A stretch of DNA of 64,000 bases, taken from the NCBI GenBank assembly GCA_965219085.1, contig OZ244720.1, positions 1,920,001-1,984,000 on the forward strand. Direction: 5' to 3'. The notes beneath the pieces are model-generated. The model ran no database searches and was not told the origin of the DNA. It worked only from the letters and a program-made list of their open reading frames with translations. Numbering within the stretch: the stretch's first letter is position 1; the number at the start of each line of letters is the position of its first letter. Of this stretch, positions 60,564 to 64,000 are shown in pieces. The stretch comes from Dehalococcoidia bacterium (GTDB lineage Bacteria > Chloroflexota > Dehalococcoidia > UBA2979). Made by a program: the position numbers and the translations under genes.

Positions 60564-61989
60564 GGAGATATCGTCAAGAGTTGTGGATCGCTGATCGGAG
60601 AGATCAGGCGGCGTACCTCCCGTGAGTTGCTTCGTTGCTCCCGTCCGGGCTGACCGGTCGCTCGTGTAGCACCCCGCCGGCGAAGACGCCGCCGGCCCGG
60701 ACGACGGCGACGAGCTGGGGTGCGTTCACCCGCCGCCAGCGCTGTTGCGCCGCGTCGAGCAGCTTGTAGGCCATCGCCAGCCCCGCTGACCGCGAGCCCG
60801 CGCCCTTCGTGACACGCTGGCGCAGCCGCACCGTGGCGAAGGTGGACTCGATCGGGTTCGTCGTGCGCAGGTGCACGTGGTGCTCGGCGGGGAAGTCGCG
60901 GAACGCCAGCAGCCGTTCGAGGTCGTCTGTGACCTTCGCCGTCGCCTTCGGCCACTGCGCGAACTGCTCGCCGAAGGCGCGCGCCGCAGCGAGCGCCTCG
61001 GCGCGCGTCGCCGCGCCAGACACCGCGTGCAGCTTCCGCTTCGCCTCCCCCTGCACGCGTTCGGGCAGCGCCGCCAGTACGTTCTGGGTCTTGTGCACCC
61101 AGCAGCGCTGCTCGCGCGTGCGGGGGAAGACCTCCCTGAGCGCCGCCCAGAAGCCGAGCGCCCCCTCCGCCGATGGCCAGCTCGGGGTCGCGCATGCCGC
61201 GCTCGCGCAGCTCCCGCAGCAGGTCGAGCCAGGACTGCGTGTCCTCGCGGTAGCCGTCCTGCACGGCCACGAGTTCCGTGCGGCCGTCGGGCCGTACGCC
61301 CACCAGCACCAGGCAGCAGAGCCGGTCCTCCTCGAGGCGCACGTTGAAGTGCACGCCGTCCGACCAGAGGTAGACGTAGTCGACCGCGGCGAGGCTGCAC
61401 CGCCGCCAGCACTCGTGCTCCGCCTGCCACGCCTCGCTGAGCCTGCTCACGGTCGAGGCGGAGAGGCCCGCCTCCGAGCCGAAGCAGGCCGACAGCGCCG
61501 GCACGAAGTCGCCCGTCGAGAGCCCGCGCAGGTAGAGCAGCGGCAGCACCTCGGTCACCTTCGGCGAGCGCCGCATGTAGGGCGGCAGGAGCGCCGAGAT
61601 GTAGCGCTCCCCGTCGCGGCGGTCATCGATGCGCGGCGCCTGCACGGCGATGCGGCCCGCGGCGGTCGTGATCTCTCTCGCGCGGGCGTGGCCGTTGCCC
61701 ACGACGAGCCGCCGCCCTTCCTCATCGACGGCGGCGGCGTAACGCTCGAGGTAGGCCTGGCGCTCGGCCTCCAGCGCCACCGCGAGCATCTCCAGGGCGG
61801 CCAGGCGGCAGAGCTCGTCCAGGCCGACCTGCGGCCCGGGTCTCCCTTCGCGCTCGCCTCCCTCATGCACTACCCTCAACATCCGGCGTACTCCTCCCGG
61901 CCGGCTTCCTCCGGCCACCTGCTACTGGACTCAGGGAGGGTACGCCTCCTCTCGCTCCTGGCTCATCCACAACTTTCGGGTATACCTCC
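60564..61989 (-). mobile_element. IS256-family element (second type)
   Basis: IRs GGAGATATCGTCAAGAGTTGTGGAT / rc GGAGGTATACCCGAAAGTTGTGGAT. No direct repeat seen. Confidence 0.85.
60604..61882 (-). pseudogene. IS256-family transposase, frameshift near 61165
   Basis: LYLRGLSTGDF, YLWSDG, GYRED; then QRCWVHK, LRTTNPIESTFATVRLR. Confidence 0.88.
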
Positions 61990-62087
61990 TGACATGCGGC
62001 TGATGGTGGTGCGTGTGTCAACGAACTTGCAATCCGGGACACTAGATGACCGTCGGCGGCCGGTACTTCCCGAAGAGGCCTCGCTCC

Positions 62088-63386
62088 CTACTCGCAGACC
62101 CCCGCGATGGCATCCTCGAGGATCGCCGCTGCCTCGTCGATCTGGTCCTCGGTCGTGCTCGCCGGCGGCACGAAGCGCAGGACCGAACCCTCCCGTCTGA
62201 GGCTGAAGATCAGACCATCCTCCAGGCAACGCTCTGCAATGGCTCGCCCCTCTGAGGTCGCCGGCTCCTTCGTCCCGCGATCGCGGACAAGCTCCACCCC
62301 CAGCAGCAACCCCCGTCCGCGCACATCGCCGATCATCTCGAAGCGCTCCGCCAGCGCCCGCAGCTTTGACTTCAGGCGGCCGCCAAGCCGCCTCGCGACG
62401 TTTGTCAGGCCGTCCCCTTCCAACACATCCAGGGTCGCCCGTCCGGCCGCGCAGGCAAGCGGATCGTTCGAGTGCGAGTGGGTGACGATGAACTCGTCCG
62501 CGACGACGCGCTCCTCGATCTCCGCCGACGTGCTGACCGACGAAAGGCAGACGCCGCCGCCGAAGTGCTTTGCCAGCGTGAGGATGTCCGGTACGACCCC
62601 TTCCTGCTCAAACGCGAAGGTGTCGCCCGTCTTGCCCAGACCCGTCTGTTCCTCGTCGAGGATCAGCAGCATGTCGCGCTCGCGGCAACGCGCCTTGAGC
62701 TCGGGCAGCCAGCCCCGTGGCGGCTCGATGACCCCGCCGGCGGAGAAGATCGGCTCGGTCAGCACGGCCGCCGGCCGTGACGTGGTCTGGGCGTCGATTA
62801 ACTCGAACGACGCGTCCAGGCAGGCGAGGCCGCATGAATCGGGCTCGAGACCGATCGGACAGCGGTAGCAGTACGGCGCAAGCATCGCCATCAGGCCCGG
62901 CTGCGGAGGGCCGTATCCCCGATGCCACCCGGCGAAGGTGAGCGCGCGCGTCGTGTCCGACATCCCGTGGAAGGACACATGCGGACTGGCCACTTCGAAC
63001 CCGCCCGTGTACTTCCGCGCGATAGCGATCGCCGCCTCGTTGGCTTCCGCTCCCGACTGCAGGAACAGGCTCTTGCGCAGGGAATCCGGGAGTAGCCGCG
63101 CCAGCCGTTCGGCCAGCCGTATCTCCTGGTCGTTGTAGTAGCTGCTGTGCGCGTGGATCAGCCGGCTGCACGCCTCGGTCACGGCGTCGACGATCGCGGG
63201 ATGGTTGTGCCCCAGCCAGGCGCACATCTGCCCGGAGTTGAAGTCCAGGTAGCGCTTGCCGTTGACATCCTCGACCTCGGAGCCTGATCCGCGTACGAAG
63301 ATCGGCCCCGAACCCGAGGCGTCCATCCGCCCGCCGAAGCTGAACCGCCGTGCGGCCTCAAGGAGGCTCTGCTCTGAGTCGTTCAT
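62088..63386 (-). CDS. Class III PLP aminotransferase (2,2-dialkylglycine decarboxylase-like)
   Basis: YLDFNSGQMCAWLGH, SGAEANEAA, SFHGMS, EPIFSAGG, LILDEEQTGLGKTG, TLAKHFGGG, RGRGLLLG. RBS GGAGG. Confidence 0.92.
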   Translation of the reverse strand: MNDSEQSLLEAARRFSFGGRMDASGSGPIFVRGSGSEVEDVNGKRYLDFNSGQMCAWLGHNHPAIVDAVTEACSRLIHAHSSYYNDQEIRLAERLARLLPDSLRKSLFLQSGAEANEAAIAIARKYTGGFEVASPHVSFHGMSDTTRALTFAGWHRGYGPPQPGLMAMLAPYCYRCPIGLEPDSCGLACLDASFELIDAQTTSRPAAVLTEPIFSAGGVIEPPRGWLPELKARCRERDMLLILDEEQTGLGKTGDTFAFEQEGVVPDILTLAKHFGGGVCLSSVSTSAEIEERVVADEFIVTHSHSNDPLACAAGRATLDVLEGDGLTNVARRLGGRLKSKLRALAERFEMIGDVRGRGLLLGVELVRDRGTKEPATSEGRAIAERCLEDGLIFSLRREGSVLRFVPPASTTEDQIDEAAAILEDAIAGVCE

Positions 63387-63504
63387 GTCCGCCCTCCTCC
63401 TGGTGTGGGGTACGACCGGGTGGTCGCTGCGCGACACCGGTCGTCGTTCGGTTCCGCCGTCATGCCTGACCCCCTTCGCTATCGCGCTGGGGCCAGCGTA
63501 CTAG

Positions 63505-63654
63505 CAGGGTGCTAAAAACCCCCGAAGGCGCGGAAACGGAGCGCTTGGAGCGCTGCGGAGCTACAAGAACCCCTTGAGAACAAAGGGTTTCGCGTGAGCC
63601 GCAATCAGCCGATTCAGGGCCGAGACCGCTCGGGAAGACTTTTTCAGCAGCCTG
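63505..63654. mobile_element. MITE, copy 2
   Basis: CTAG|CAGGGTGCTAAAAA ... TTTTTCAGCAGCCTG|CTAG; homologous to 22546-22696. Confidence 0.87.
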
Positions 63655-63709
63655 CTAGAAGGCGCTAGAGGTCTCGACCGCCTCGCCGCCGGCAGGGTTC
63701 ACCCGCCTG

Positions 63710-63902
63710 ACTCCCCGACGTCGCGCTTCCGTCGCTCAAGGTGGTCGAACCGGACATCGATCCCGACGATCCGTGGTCCGACGACGTGCTCGATCGCGAG
63801 GAGATCGCGGACCGCCTGACTAGCATCTCGTGAGGGCAGGAAGCGCCGTTCGTCATCAGCGTGGATGGCCGCTGGGGCACAGGGAAGACGTTCCTGCAGT
63901 GG
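63710..63902 (+). pseudogene. N-terminal fragment of a second KAP-family NTPase
   Basis: EPDIDPDDPWSDDVLDREEIADRLT, frameshift, PFVISVDGRWGTGKTFL, then abrupt end. Confidence 0.65.
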
Positions 63903-64000
63903 TGAGAAAGCCCCCTGGCGGGCGGAGTTCGTGGCGAGGGGGATGCCCCTACTTCTTCAGGGGAAGGCTCACAGTCACGGTTACGCCCTGCCCAGGCCCG

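Noticed and set aside
63903-64000. Possible end of another IS interrupting the KAP fragment
   Set aside because: There is an abrupt change of sequence, but no second end or transposase lies inside the window, so it cannot be supported.

Overview
High-GC (about 69% by eye) bacterial accessory region, heavily invaded by mobile elements and partly decayed. The gene style suggests a marine or sponge-associated Chloroflexota or Actinomycetota genome, but this is inference only. The left half (1-33.5 kb) is an array of co-oriented minus-strand genes for giant secreted modular proteins: (i) a partial beta-propeller/adhesin-type protein with a G14 tract at its 5' end; (ii) a 3.6k-aa FN3/PPC/kexin-like S8 protease/spondin/PQQ-sugar-dehydrogenase/cadherin protein; (iii) a 1.9k-aa sulfatase-fold/cadherin protein sharing the same C-terminal module; and (iv) a decayed second S8 protease coupled to a lipoprotein ending in a propeptide-like domain. 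Three of these units carry a shared ~200-bp upstream element, and they sit among remnants of ICE-type genes. A 7.3-kb pile-up of IS elements at (C/T)TAG sites separates two of the giant genes. The right half holds IS256 and IS21 elements, an MNT-HEPN pair, KAP NTPase remnants, a LysR-TPR fusion divergent from an ABC-2 exporter, and a four-level nest (IS3 > IS5 > IS110/IS1111 > ORF-less group II intron). It also holds a bacterial ubiquitin-like operon (Ubl, E2-like, JAB-E1) divergent from an XRE-ImmA protein with a MazE-like tail coupled to mazF, a serine recombinase remnant, parD/parE and a class III aminotransferase. Most notable: two IS1111-type copies whose non-coding right ends carry different guide segments, each matching its own insertion site; the Ubl/E2/JAB-E1 plus XRE-ImmA-MazE/MazF locus; and the modular giant exoenzyme system. 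No rRNA, tRNA or CRISPR array was seen. All family calls come from motif recognition by eye, not database searches.
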